From: Candidatus Micrarchaeota archaeon | Lineage (GTDB): Archaea; B1Sed10-29; B47-G15 | Length of the DNA stretch: 64,000 nucleotides | Direction: 5' to 3' | Assembly (NCBI GenBank): GCA_003660975.1 | Contig: QMVG01000002.1 | Span: 53,850 to 117,849 of the forward strand | Part shown: piece after piece, positions 30,899 through 40,906 of the stretch | Layout: the number at the start of each line of letters is the position of its first letter | How positions within the stretch are numbered: the first letter of the stretch is position 1 | The notes under the pieces: generated by a model | Database searches by the model: none | Seen by the model: the letters and a program-made list of their open reading frames with translations, nothing else | Told to the model about the DNA's origin: nothing | Position numbers and translations under genes: made by a program

Positions 30899-31465
30899 AT
30901 GAGCAGTTTTGTTATACCTGGAGATTATGTAGGCAAGGAAGAGGAGTTTATCCCTTCCTTTGGTGTTTATAGTGAAGGTGGGGAGCTTTATTCCTCCATC
31001 ATAGGATATGTTAAAACCGATGCAGAGAAGCACAATGTGAAAGTTTTCTCTAAAGCCAAGATTCCTCGCATGCAGAAGGAATCAACAATAGTTGTTGGGA
31101 TTGTTGCTGAGTTAAATGATAACATTGCAATAGTGGATTTAATGCCAATAAAATCAAAATCTTTCTTATTTGTGCCTAATGAGGTTGTTGCTGTGTTGAA
31201 GGTGGCCAATGTTAGCAGGTCTTTTACCAAGAGCCTTAGAGATGTGCTTGGCATAGGAGATATTATAAGGGCAAAGATAGACAGTGTTTACGCCCACTCA
31301 GTGCAGCTTAGGATAGACGAGGCGAATTTAGGCGTTATAAAAGCATATTGCAAGAGGTGCAGGCACCCACTCAAACTGAAGGGACGCAGGCTGGTTTGCG
31401 AAAACTGTGGCCATGTTGAGACAAGAAAGCTCGCAAAGGACTATGGCCAAGGGAAGGTGATGTAA
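30899..31465 (+). CDS. csl4: Exosome RNA-binding protein Csl4
   Basis: 'VIPGD..G.EEEF', S1 domain, C-terminal CxxC..CxxC, 'TRKLA'; adjacent to rpoL. Confidence 0.92.
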   Translation: MSSFVIPGDYVGKEEEFIPSFGVYSEGGELYSSIIGYVKTDAEKHNVKVFSKAKIPRMQKESTIVVGIVAELNDNIAIVDLMPIKSKSFLFVPNEVVAVLKVANVSRSFTKSLRDVLGIGDIIRAKIDSVYAHSVQLRIDEANLGVIKAYCKRCRHPLKLKGRRLVCENCGHVETRKLAKDYGQGKVM

Positions 31466-31728
31466 TGAGGATAAACATAATAAGCAATAGAGCTAAGCAG
31501 ATGGAGTTTTCTCTTGAAGGAGAAGGCCATTTATTCGCTCAGCTTCTAGTTTCAAAGCTCCTTGAGGATAAAGATGTTGAAGTAGCGCAGTATACAATAG
31601 ACCATCCCTTGACAGGACTGCCTACTTTTTTTCTTAAAACAAAAAGCAAAAAACCTGTGGATGCATTAAAGAAAGCTGTAGATTCACTTAAGAGAGATAT
31701 CAATTCCCTGGCGAAGGCATTTAAATGA
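31465..31728 (+). CDS. rpoL: RNA polymerase subunit Rpo11 (L)
   Basis: 'GEGH', 'Y.IDHPL'; conserved csl4-rpoL-DUF99 order. Confidence 0.9.
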   Translation: MRINIISNRAKQMEFSLEGEGHLFAQLLVSKLLEDKDVEVAQYTIDHPLTGLPTFFLKTKSKKPVDALKKAVDSLKRDINSLAKAFK

Positions 31729-32333
31729 AACAAAAAATCAGAATACTTGGAATAGACGACGCATCATTTAAGAAAAAGCAGGACAATGTGTTAGTAGTAG
31801 GAGCTTTGGTAAGGCCAAGTAGTTTTGAAGGCTTTTACCTTGAAGCAGTGCTGTCCACATCTGTTAAGAAAGACGGCTTGGACGCTACAGATAAAATAAT
31901 ATCTATGATTGAAAGTTCTCGGTTTTCGAAACAAGTAAATTATATAATAACACAGGGCACTGTTCTGGCTGGTCTAAACCCAATAAATATAAAAAAGATC
32001 AGTGAAGCACTGTCTGTTCCTGTCCTGAGTGTCGTGAGGGACAGGCCTAACAAAAAAAGGTTCTTAACAGCAGTGAGAAAACTACCAAATGCTGAAAGAA
32101 TAATTAAAGAGCTGGAAGCTAATGGAGAGATTTACAAGTATGAACGCTGCATAAGAGCTGTAAATTACCATAGGTGCAAAACACTGTATTATTACTTGGC
32201 AGGCATGGGCAGAAAGGAAGCAGAGGAATTGATACGCTTCTCTACTTATATGGGAAACATCCCAGAACCAGTAAGGATTGCCCATGTGATTGCAAGCGGT
32301 GTTAGTAGGGGCGAGAGTACGAAGAGGGTATAA
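31725..32333 (+). CDS. DUF99 family (endonuclease V-like) protein
   Basis: 'LGIDD', 'DGLDAT', 'PEPVRIAH'. Confidence 0.88.
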   Translation: MKQKIRILGIDDASFKKKQDNVLVVGALVRPSSFEGFYLEAVLSTSVKKDGLDATDKIISMIESSRFSKQVNYIITQGTVLAGLNPINIKKISEALSVPVLSVVRDRPNKKRFLTAVRKLPNAERIIKELEANGEIYKYERCIRAVNYHRCKTLYYYLAGMGRKEAEELIRFSTYMGNIPEPVRIAHVIASGVSRGESTKRV

Positions 32334-33023
32334 ATGGATTGGAAAAGAATAAGAAAATTGCTGTTTGGAAAAAAGAAGCAAAACGTCTCTGACGAGATAA
32401 AAGATTGGGTAGTTTCTTTTATAGTAGCTGCTGTGATATACTTTGTGATTATGCCTGCTGTTTTTAACAGCCCTTCTCCTGCAGTTGTTGTCTCTTCTTG
32501 CTCTGAGAAAGGCAACCTGAACATAGGAGACATCATATTCGTAGCAGGTGTTGATGTCAAAGACGTACGTGCTCCTATGGTAAACCTAAACAGCTCCTCA
32601 AAAATTAAGCCCATTGTAAATGACTCTTTCTTCGTGAATGAGATGCTTTTTGGCGATAAGCTAATTCGCTTTAACAACAGCAATGATATAGTGGTTTACA
32701 ACTCAAGGCCATATAACTATCAAATAATCCACCACGCTTTCGCAATCCTTAATTTGAGTTCCAAATATTATCTGGTAACAAAAGGCTCTGCAAATGCAAT
32801 ACCTGACCAAATAGGTAAGAACGGCGTTTTTTGTTTAACCGAGAATCCTGGCACATGCCTGTCAACAGCAGTAGATGACAATATGCTTCTTGGCAGGAAG
32901 GTTCTTTTTACCATTCCCTTATTAGGACATATAAAGCTCTTTTTATGTGATCTAACCTTTAACAAGCTGTGTGAAGGCCATGCAAATGCAGGCACTGATT
33001 ATTATTATGTGCTTTCATGCTAA
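32334..33023 (+). CDS. Signal peptidase I (Sec11/S26B)-like protein, divergent
   Basis: TM helix, 'VVVSSCSE....IGD', 'IIHH', 'TKG.AN..PD', 'IPLLG'. Confidence 0.72.
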   Translation: MDWKRIRKLLFGKKKQNVSDEIKDWVVSFIVAAVIYFVIMPAVFNSPSPAVVVSSCSEKGNLNIGDIIFVAGVDVKDVRAPMVNLNSSSKIKPIVNDSFFVNEMLFGDKLIRFNNSNDIVVYNSRPYNYQIIHHAFAILNLSSKYYLVTKGSANAIPDQIGKNGVFCLTENPGTCLSTAVDDNMLLGRKVLFTIPLLGHIKLFLCDLTFNKLCEGHANAGTDYYYVLSC

Positions 33024-33068
33024 TACTTTTATAATAGAATGTTCTAAACTATTGCTAAGGGTGTTTTT

Positions 33069-33812
33069 ATGTTCGATATTAGCTTTGAGAATGCAAAGCT
33101 CTTTAAGGACTGTGTTGATGCGATAGTAAACCTCATCAATGAAGGGGAGTTTGAGATTTCTTCGGAAGGCATAACACTTAGGGCAATGGACCCTTCACAG
33201 ATAGCTATGGTTGATTTCAAAATGCCTAAGAAGGCCTGCTCTTCTTATAAGGTTGAAGGAGATGTGAAAATAGGAGTAAACTTTGAAGACCTATCACGGG
33301 TTATGGGCAGAGCAAGACCAGAAGAGTCTTTAAACCTCAAGTTAAAGGATTCAAGGCTTGAGATGACATTTAAAGGAAAGTTTACCAGGCGCTTTAATCT
33401 TCCTCTGTTAGACATCGGAGGCACAGTTCCAAAGGAACCAAAGATAGAATTTGATGCAAACATTAAGCTGAACGCAAGCGTGCTTAAGGACAGCCTCAAA
33501 GACGCCTCTCTCGTGTCGTCCCATGTTGTGCTTAGCATAGACAAGAACTCATTTGTTATAGAAGCCACTGGCGATAGGGGAGACGTGTTGATAGAGACCA
33601 AGAAGGAGGAAACAGTTGTAATTGCACATGAGTGCACAAACAATGCGAAAGCAATGTTCCCTCTAGAGTATCTGAATGACATATTAAAAGGCGCTGATTC
33701 GAGCACTGTTATAACCTTGTACCTCAAGACAGACGCCCCGTTGAAAGTGGAGTATCCAGTGGGACAGGCAGAGATAGTCTATTATCTTGCGCCAAGAATA
33801 GAAAACGTCTAA
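33069..33812 (+). CDS. pcn: DNA polymerase sliding clamp PCNA
   Basis: 'AMDPSQIAMVD', 'YYLAPRIE'. Confidence 0.96.
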   Translation: MFDISFENAKLFKDCVDAIVNLINEGEFEISSEGITLRAMDPSQIAMVDFKMPKKACSSYKVEGDVKIGVNFEDLSRVMGRARPEESLNLKLKDSRLEMTFKGKFTRRFNLPLLDIGGTVPKEPKIEFDANIKLNASVLKDSLKDASLVSSHVVLSIDKNSFVIEATGDRGDVLIETKKEETVVIAHECTNNAKAMFPLEYLNDILKGADSSTVITLYLKTDAPLKVEYPVGQAEIVYYLAPRIENV

Positions 33813-33925
33813 GCAGACAGCGTAATTATATCTATGTCTTTTGGTTTTCAGCGCAACATCACGTTTTTATTTATTGTGTACAATAAACTAAACATCTGCG
33901 TTCTAAATTTTTATGAGGTGTTGTC

Positions 33926-35026
33926 ATGCAGTTTGATGATTTTGGACCTGAGAAAGTTATTCATGTTTACAACCCAAAGGCAGGCATGAAAGGTTTCGTA
34001 GTCATTGATAACACCACGTTTGGGCCTGGAAAAGGCGGCATAAGGATGACAGCCACGGTCAGCCCTGAAGAGGTCCAGAAGTTGGCAAGAACTATGACAC
34101 TAAAGAACATATTGGCTGAGCTGCCGTTTGGTGGTGCAAAGTCAGGTATTGTTGCAAACCCAAAGCGGATGAGCCTTGAAAAGAAAGAGGAAATCGTTAA
34201 AGCTTTTGCAGAAGCTTTGAAGCCTGTAAGCCCTTCTATCTATATTGCTGCTCCTGATATGAATATGGGGGAAAGGGAGATGAAATGGTATGCTGAAGCT
34301 AACGGCTCTCTTGAGTCGTGCACTGGTAAGCCTAAAAGTATGGGAGGCCTGCCTCATGAATTGGGAAGCACTGGTTTTGGCGTTTTTCACGCGGCCAAAG
34401 TGGCAGCAGAGTTCATAGGCATTGACATCTCAGAGAGCAGTGTTGCTATTGAGGGTTTTGGCAATGTAGGCAACTTCGCAGCCAGGTTTCTCTCAGAAGA
34501 GGGAGCGAGAATAGTTGCTGTTTCTGACTCAAAAGGCACAATATACAATCCAAATGGTTTGGACTATGAAACACTGAATGCTGTTAAAAAGGAGAAGGGA
34601 ACTGTTACAGCTTATCCCGATGGAAAGGTGATAACTTCTGAAGACCTGCTGTCTGTGGATGCGGATATCCTCATAACAGCCGCAGTGCCTGATCTGATAA
34701 GAGAAGAGCACATAGGAAATCTGAAATTCAAGCTGATAGTTGAAGGCTCAAACATTCCAATGACTGCAGATATTGAAAAGGCATTAGCTGAAAGGAAAAT
34801 AACTGTTATCCCTGACTTTGTGGCAAATGCAGGTGGTGTAATTTCATCATATATTGAGTACAAGCGAGGGAGCGAAGGTGAAATGTTTGAGCTTATAGAG
34901 AAAACAATAAAGAAGAATGTAAGAAGGATATTAGAAGGCATCTCAAGTGAGCTTCCTACACCAAGAGACGTGGCGTATGATATCGCGATAAAGAAATTGA
35001 AAGAACACTGTAGGATATGCAGGTGA
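33926..35026 (+). CDS. Glu/Leu/Phe/Val dehydrogenase (glutamate dehydrogenase-like)
   Basis: 'KGGIR', 'FGGAKSG', 'GFGNVG', 'PDFVANAGGV'. Confidence 0.92.
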   Translation: MQFDDFGPEKVIHVYNPKAGMKGFVVIDNTTFGPGKGGIRMTATVSPEEVQKLARTMTLKNILAELPFGGAKSGIVANPKRMSLEKKEEIVKAFAEALKPVSPSIYIAAPDMNMGEREMKWYAEANGSLESCTGKPKSMGGLPHELGSTGFGVFHAAKVAAEFIGIDISESSVAIEGFGNVGNFAARFLSEEGARIVAVSDSKGTIYNPNGLDYETLNAVKKEKGTVTAYPDGKVITSEDLLSVDADILITAAVPDLIREEHIGNLKFKLIVEGSNIPMTADIEKALAERKITVIPDFVANAGGVISSYIEYKRGSEGEMFELIEKTIKKNVRRILEGISSELPTPRDVAYDIAIKKLKEHCRICR

Positions 35027-35030
35027 TGTT

Positions 35031-35948
35031 ATGGTTGATTTTGATTTGGCTGTAATAGGTGGCGGTCCTGGAGGTATGACTGCCGTTATTTACGCCAGGA
35101 GAAAAAATCTCAAAACAGCCATATTTGAGAAAGGCCTCTTTGGAGGCAATACTGCCTTATCCCCACTTATTGAAAATTTTCCCGGCTTTAAGGCCATATC
35201 AGGCTCTGAGCTTTCAAAGAGAATTGAAGAGCAAATGATGCAATATAAACCGATCGTGATAAACGAAGAGGTCAAGGGATTAGAGCTTAATGGTAATGAG
35301 AAGATAATAAAAACAGATAAAGGAAGTTACAGTGCAAGAGCTGTGATAATAGCCACTGGCACTAAATACAGGCAACTAGGAAAAAAAGGAGAAAAAGAGT
35401 TTCTTGGGAAAGGGGTTTTTTACTGCACAATATGCGATGCGCCTCTTATGAGGGGCAAAGAGGTGGCTGTTGTTGGTGGGGGCAATACGGCCTTAAGCTC
35501 AGCGATCTACCTTTCTGAACTATGCCCAAAGATATACTTAATCCACAGGAGAGATGCCTTTAGAGGAGATGAAGAGCTGCAAAAACAAGTAATGTCATTA
35601 AAGAATGTTGAGCTTGTTTTGGATTCAGAAGTGGAGGAAATAAAAGGCAATCTTTTTGTTGACACTGTGGTAGTAAGAAATAAAAAGACAGGAGAAAAAA
35701 GAGAATTGAAGGTAAGCGGTCTTTTTGTCCAAGTAGGAGAAGACCCAAATTCAGAGCTTGCAGAGAGAGCAGGCATTGAGCTTGACGAAAGAAAAAGAAT
35801 AAAAGTAAACCAGCTACAGGAGACAAACATAAAAGGCGTCTACGCTGTTGGAGACGTCTGCAACACCTATGCTCAGACAGTGATAGCAGCAGGTCACGGC
35901 GCTTCTGCTGCTCTAAGGGCTTACGATTACATTAAATATGGGAAGTAG
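35031..35948 (+). CDS. trxB: Thioredoxin reductase
   Basis: GGGPGG, CTICD redox motif, GGGNTA, 'IHRRD'. Confidence 0.92.
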   Translation: MVDFDLAVIGGGPGGMTAVIYARRKNLKTAIFEKGLFGGNTALSPLIENFPGFKAISGSELSKRIEEQMMQYKPIVINEEVKGLELNGNEKIIKTDKGSYSARAVIIATGTKYRQLGKKGEKEFLGKGVFYCTICDAPLMRGKEVAVVGGGNTALSSAIYLSELCPKIYLIHRRDAFRGDEELQKQVMSLKNVELVLDSEVEEIKGNLFVDTVVVRNKKTGEKRELKVSGLFVQVGEDPNSELAERAGIELDERKRIKVNQLQETNIKGVYAVGDVCNTYAQTVIAAGHGASAALRAYDYIKYGK

Positions 35949-35989
35949 AGAATGTAATTATTATAAAGTATTTCTTCTTTTTCTTTTTG

Positions 35990-37747
35990 ATGTCGCTTGC
36001 ACTGCCCTTACCTGAATCGTTCTTGTTTGACATATCTATTATTATAGTAATCGCGACCATATTTGCTTATTTTACTAGATTACTGAGGCAACCGCTTATT
36101 TTGGGCTACATTCTAGCAGGCGTTTTCATAGGGCCTTTGGGGCTGGGAATAGTCACTAACAGCGCTGAGATGGTGGCACTGTCCGAGCTTGGTATTGCCT
36201 TTCTCCTGTTTGGCGCTGCACTTGAGATTGATATCTCTAAGCTGAAAGGTGTAGCGAATGTCTCTGTACTGGCAGGTTTGCTGCAAGTTGGACTTACAAT
36301 TGTTTTTGGATTCCTTGCTTCAATGTTCTTGGGTTTGGATATCATAAGCGCTACATATGTTTCTGTTATACTGGCTTTCAGCAGCACCATGGTAGTTGTA
36401 AAGCTATTGACAGATAATTTTGCAATAAACTCATTGCATGGCAGGCTTATGATAGGTTTGCTTGTGGTTCAAGACATACTGGCCATAGTGGCAATATCCT
36501 TTTTAGATAATTTAGGAAAACCACTGTCTATGGCCTTACTGTATCAAATAATCCTCAACGGCTTGGGTCTGCTGGCCCTTGCCGTGTTGATAAATAAACT
36601 AGTCCTGGTTTCTCTACTAAGAAGAGTCGCCAAGTCTCAGGAGCTTTTTTTCCTCACTGTGGTATCCACATGTTTTGTTTTTATGGGCTTCTCTTACTCA
36701 CTTGGATTTTCAATAGCCATAGGTGCTTTCATAGCAGGCATTTCTCTATCAATGTTTAGGTATAACGTTGAAATAAGTGGTGAAGTGCGCTCTTTGAGAA
36801 ATTTCTTTTCAACGCTGTTTTTCGTTTCATTAGGTATGCAGCTGACCACAATAGGAAGGGCCGAGGTCAGCATGTTGCTGCTCTTCCTTTTCATTGCCAT
36901 CTTTGTCAAACCACTAATAATAAGCTTAGTTTATCTATTGCTTGGTTATGGGGGAAAACTCTCCTTGAGAATAGGTCTGTCTCTTGCTCAGGTGAGTGAA
37001 TTTTCTTTCATTATAGCAGCTGCAGGCGTGTCATCAGGGCAGCTGAGCCCGGAGCTATTCTCTGTTGTTACTACTGTCATAATTGTGAGTGTTTTGCTTA
37101 CACCTTATTTATTTAGGTACCATAGCTTCATATATGATATCTTGTGGGCTTTTGAACAGATAAGCAACATTTCAGTCCCTTTGTTTTTCAGGCGCCGCAT
37201 AAGGAGGCATACGCGTGAACATGAATTGCTTCCCAGGAAGAGCATTGTTCTCATTGGCTGCGACAAGATGGGAGAGAGAATCTTAAACGAGCTGGGTGAT
37301 ACGAAGAAGCTATTGGTTGTTGATTATAATCCAGACGTGATTGAAAACCTTTCAAGAAGAAACATATATTCAATATATGGAGACGCGTACAGCGATGCAG
37401 TGATCAAGAGGATGAATGTGGAAACAGTTAAAGTGTTTATATCTACAATTCCTGACAGCCAGATAACAGCAGCCTTAATAAAAAGGATAAAGAAATTAAA
37501 CCCAAAGGTTGCCTTTTTGGCAAGGGCCAACTTTACTGATGATGCCATTGACTTGTACAAGGCAGGAGCTGATATGGTGATAATGCCAGACATAGTGGCA
37601 GGCCAAAGAATGGCAGAATACATAAGGTTGCTTCACAGGAACCCCCAAAAGATTCAGGAAATAAAGAAAAGGCATTTGGAGTATTTAAGAAAGGAGATAA
37701 AGCAGCACAGACGACACTTTCTTGATAAGCTTATTTTCAATGATTGA
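35990..37747 (+). CDS. CPA2/Kef-type cation:proton antiporter with RCK (TrkA-N) domain
   Basis: 'FSST.VVVK', 'LVVQD', 'QVSEFSFI', 'GCDKMG'. Confidence 0.9.
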   Translation: MSLALPLPESFLFDISIIIVIATIFAYFTRLLRQPLILGYILAGVFIGPLGLGIVTNSAEMVALSELGIAFLLFGAALEIDISKLKGVANVSVLAGLLQVGLTIVFGFLASMFLGLDIISATYVSVILAFSSTMVVVKLLTDNFAINSLHGRLMIGLLVVQDILAIVAISFLDNLGKPLSMALLYQIILNGLGLLALAVLINKLVLVSLLRRVAKSQELFFLTVVSTCFVFMGFSYSLGFSIAIGAFIAGISLSMFRYNVEISGEVRSLRNFFSTLFFVSLGMQLTTIGRAEVSMLLLFLFIAIFVKPLIISLVYLLLGYGGKLSLRIGLSLAQVSEFSFIIAAAGVSSGQLSPELFSVVTTVIIVSVLLTPYLFRYHSFIYDILWAFEQISNISVPLFFRRRIRRHTREHELLPRKSIVLIGCDKMGERILNELGDTKKLLVVDYNPDVIENLSRRNIYSIYGDAYSDAVIKRMNVETVKVFISTIPDSQITAALIKRIKKLNPKVAFLARANFTDDAIDLYKAGADMVIMPDIVAGQRMAEYIRLLHRNPQKIQEIKKRHLEYLRKEIKQHRRHFLDKLIFND

Positions 37748-37782
37748 TATGTTATTTATGGAAGTTGAGTAATAATATTAAC

Positions 37783-38751
37783 ATGGTTTCTGTTGACAAG
37801 CGTGAGGGCCACACAATATCTCATTACCCTTTCTCAAGACTGGCAAAAGCTTATCTTGAAAAAGAAGGCGTAGACATATCTAAGGTCTCAGATGATGATT
37901 TGCAATTAGCTATTGAACGAGTAAAAGCAACTTTGACCAAGAAAAACAGGGAGCTATGGTCTTTTGACGCAGAAGCCAAAAGCTACGCACTGGCTAAGAT
38001 ATTGGTTGCACTGTTAGGCGATTTTTATGTTAAAAAACAATTTGCGAAAGGAGAAGCAAATAGGGCCTTTAATTACTTGATGTCAGAAAAAGAAGAGATA
38101 TTTGATGAGATTGCCTCCCAATTTTTTGACTACGAAAAAAAAGGAGGGAGTTATTCTATATCTTTTATTGATTACCTAAACAATGCGCCGAACTCTGAAA
38201 ATTTTCATTTGATAAATCAGGAACTCAGGAAAGGAAAAGTATATCTGCACAAAAGCAATATGGCTGCATTGATTTCTGAGAAACTATACAACAACATAAT
38301 CAACACACAGCTTAAGAAAAGCGATTTTCCCAAAAAATTTGTTGAGGCCTCCAAACAATTGCAAGTGTTCAGGCGATTTGAGGAAGAGATTTCTGGACCT
38401 GTTGAGCTTTCTGCATTTCCCCCCTGTATGAGAAAGATATATCTTGACTTACAGACAAAACCAAATGTACCTCACAACGCACGCTTCGTGTTTGCTACTT
38501 TTTTAGCTAACATCAAAATGGACATAGACCAAGCGGTAAAACTTTTCTCCAAGCAGGAAAACTTTTCAGAGCAGAAAACTAGATATCATTTAGAACACGC
38601 TTACGGCACCAGAACAGGCAGAAAATATGCTGTCCCATCGTGCAGCAAGATACAAAGCTATGGCCTCTGCTACAAGAATGAAAGTTGCAAATGGGCGTCT
38701 CCAATTACTTATTATAAAAATATGTTGAGGAGGAGACGATGGAAAACATAA
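37783..38751 (+). CDS. priL: DNA primase large subunit
   Basis: 'YPF', 'FPPCM', 'H.ARF', four C-terminal Cys for an Fe-S cluster. Confidence 0.9.
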   Translation: MVSVDKREGHTISHYPFSRLAKAYLEKEGVDISKVSDDDLQLAIERVKATLTKKNRELWSFDAEAKSYALAKILVALLGDFYVKKQFAKGEANRAFNYLMSEKEEIFDEIASQFFDYEKKGGSYSISFIDYLNNAPNSENFHLINQELRKGKVYLHKSNMAALISEKLYNNIINTQLKKSDFPKKFVEASKQLQVFRRFEEEISGPVELSAFPPCMRKIYLDLQTKPNVPHNARFVFATFLANIKMDIDQAVKLFSKQENFSEQKTRYHLEHAYGTRTGRKYAVPSCSKIQSYGLCYKNESCKWASPITYYKNMLRRRRWKT

Positions 38752-39818
38752 ATTTCATAAAAGAAAAATTTAGGGAGTACTATAAAAAGAAAAAGCTTAG
38801 CCCTCCGCCAGATTTTCAGAAAAGGGAATTTGGTTTTGGAGACATAAAAAAGATAGATTATAGGCATGTGAGTTTTAGCTCTGTTGATGAATTTCGCAGG
38901 CATTTTGTGGAGAAAGCGCCTTTATATGCATCATATTCTGCTGCTTATTATGAGTTTCCATCTGCGAGGCCGATGCAAAACAAGAAGATAATTGAAGCTG
39001 ACCTAATATTTGAATTTGACGCTAAAAGTGATGAGAAAAGCTTAACACCTGTAGCAGCTTTAGAAAAAGCGAAAGAGGACACTATAAGGCTGATTGAAGA
39101 TTTTCTAGTAAATGATTTTGGTATAAGCAAAAGCAAGATATCAGTGAACTTCTCTGGAAGCAGGGGCTACCATATCCATGTTTTTGATGATGAGGTGAAA
39201 AAGTTAAACAGCAAAGCAAGAAGAGACATTGTGCGATACATAAAGCCATCACCAGAGTTGATAGCAAGAGTATATGACCCCTCCAAAAACTATACATGGC
39301 ATAATAGGATAAAAAAAGCACTGCAACAGTACAAGGCATTAAGAGAAAAAAGAGAAGACACGTACAAAGAATATGGTATCAACAAAAGAGAAGATGAAAG
39401 GCTGATGCTTATAATCGATCAACTGATAGGAAATAAGGCAAAATTTGATATAAAAAACAAATCAGCCCGCTCTGCTTTTGAAAAACTTATCAAGCACTAC
39501 TTGTATATGAAAACTCTGGCGGTTGATGAGGCAGTTACCTTTGACATGTCTAGACTGATAAGAATACCAAACACTCTACATGGTGGTTCAAGCCTTTTGG
39601 CTGCGAAGCTTAAGTCTTTGGACAAATTTAATCCATATGTAGATGCAGTAGTATTTTATAATCCACCAATCAAAATAAAAGTGCTTGAAGCAGTCAGTCC
39701 ATTTGAGTTAAGAGAGGTCAAATTCGGGCCTTTCAAAAAAGACGAGATTGTTAAGATACCTGAGTATGCAGCGATGTACTTGATATGTAAAGGAGTGGCA
39801 AGGCCGTATGGAGTATGA
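38739..39818 (+). CDS. priS: DNA primase small subunit
   Basis: 'REFGF', 'LIFEFD', 'FSGSRGYH', 'D..RLIRIPNTLH'. Confidence 0.93.
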   Translation: MENINFIKEKFREYYKKKKLSPPPDFQKREFGFGDIKKIDYRHVSFSSVDEFRRHFVEKAPLYASYSAAYYEFPSARPMQNKKIIEADLIFEFDAKSDEKSLTPVAALEKAKEDTIRLIEDFLVNDFGISKSKISVNFSGSRGYHIHVFDDEVKKLNSKARRDIVRYIKPSPELIARVYDPSKNYTWHNRIKKALQQYKALREKREDTYKEYGINKREDERLMLIIDQLIGNKAKFDIKNKSARSAFEKLIKHYLYMKTLAVDEAVTFDMSRLIRIPNTLHGGSSLLAAKLKSLDKFNPYVDAVVFYNPPIKIKVLEAVSPFELREVKFGPFKKDEIVKIPEYAAMYLICKGVARPYGV

Positions 39819-40395
39819 TGACTTGCGCAAGTTGCAGAGGCTTGAAAGAAATAGCCCTAAGTTAAATAAAGTTCCTGATAATTACCTTTCAGCTTTAGCA
39901 GACTTGGTCAAAAAGGCAAAGCAAAGTTTTGACAAAAGCGGTAGCAGAGAAGATATGAGAATGCTTGAGAATGTTCTTGAGGTTGCCAGGGACATATACA
40001 ATAGAAGAGAGCAAAAGATTATTATGAAGGCGCTTGCTGATGCGAGAACAAGTACTGATGACAGTTCAAACATGCTGCCTGAAGAACAGAACCTCTATTT
40101 TCGCATAAAAGAAGCGCTCAAAGACAGTAGGTCTGACTTCTCCGTCATACTAGCAGGCAAAACTCCGAAAAAAGCAGAGACAAATGTGCTAAACGAAAAG
40201 CTTGGTGATGAAATCGCGAAGGAAGATAAGCAGGAAGATTTAAATATTATTCTTGTAAGAACTATAAAGAAGGTGCCTAAATTTGTGGGTTCTGATTTGA
40301 AGGAATACGGGCCCTATGAAGCCAACGAGCTCGTGAATATTCCCAAAAAAGAAGCAGAGCTTCTTTCAAAGCAAGGTTTCATTGAAATCATCTAG
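39808..40395 (+). CDS. GINS family protein (Gins15/51)
   Basis: 'RREQKI', C-terminal 'PKFVGSDLKEYGP'; follows priS. Confidence 0.85.
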   Translation: MEYDDLRKLQRLERNSPKLNKVPDNYLSALADLVKKAKQSFDKSGSREDMRMLENVLEVARDIYNRREQKIIMKALADARTSTDDSSNMLPEEQNLYFRIKEALKDSRSDFSVILAGKTPKKAETNVLNEKLGDEIAKEDKQEDLNIILVRTIKKVPKFVGSDLKEYGPYEANELVNIPKKEAELLSKQGFIEII

Positions 40396-40403
40396 GTGAT
40401 AGA

Positions 40404-40700
40404 ATGAAGGTTCCATCTAAGATAAAAACATATTGTCCATACTGCAGGAAGCACACAGAGCATAAGGTAAAGTCAATAGTGCAGAAGCACTCACCAGCTA
40501 AGCCAAGAACACTAAGCTGGGGGCAGCAGAAGCACTTAAAGAAGATAAAGGGTTACAAGAGCAAAGTGGCAGGTAGCGCAGACCATGTAAAGCAGTCTGC
40601 CCGAAATGTGCTCTATTTACAGTGTACTATTTGCGGTAAGCAGCACCATATGTCTATAGGCTCTAGAACAAAAAAGAAAATTGAAAAGAAAAAGGAGTAG
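40404..40700 (+). CDS. rpl44e: 50S ribosomal protein L44e
   Basis: 'TYCPYCRKHTEH', 'CTICG'; synteny. Confidence 0.9.
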   Translation: MKVPSKIKTYCPYCRKHTEHKVKSIVQKHSPAKPRTLSWGQQKHLKKIKGYKSKVAGSADHVKQSARNVLYLQCTICGKQHHMSIGSRTKKKIEKKKE

Positions 40701-40708
40701 GTGGTTTG

Positions 40709-40897
40709 ATGGACAACTTATTCCTGAAGCCAAAGTCAAAGTTCGTTAAGGTAAAATGCGAGAACTGTGGAAATCAGCAGATAGTCTTTCAATCTTCTGC
40801 TACAGTGGTTAAATGCTTAAAGTGCAATGCGGTTCTGGTTGAGCCTACAGGTGGAAAAGCAAAGATTAATGGCAGTATTGTTAAGGTTCTTGATTAG
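40709..40897 (+). CDS. rps27e: 30S ribosomal protein S27e
   Basis: 'PKSKFVKVKC..C', 'PTGGKA'. Confidence 0.95.
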   Translation: MDNLFLKPKSKFVKVKCENCGNQQIVFQSSATVVKCLKCNAVLVEPTGGKAKINGSIVKVLD

Positions 40898-40906
40898 GGT
40901 TTTGTT

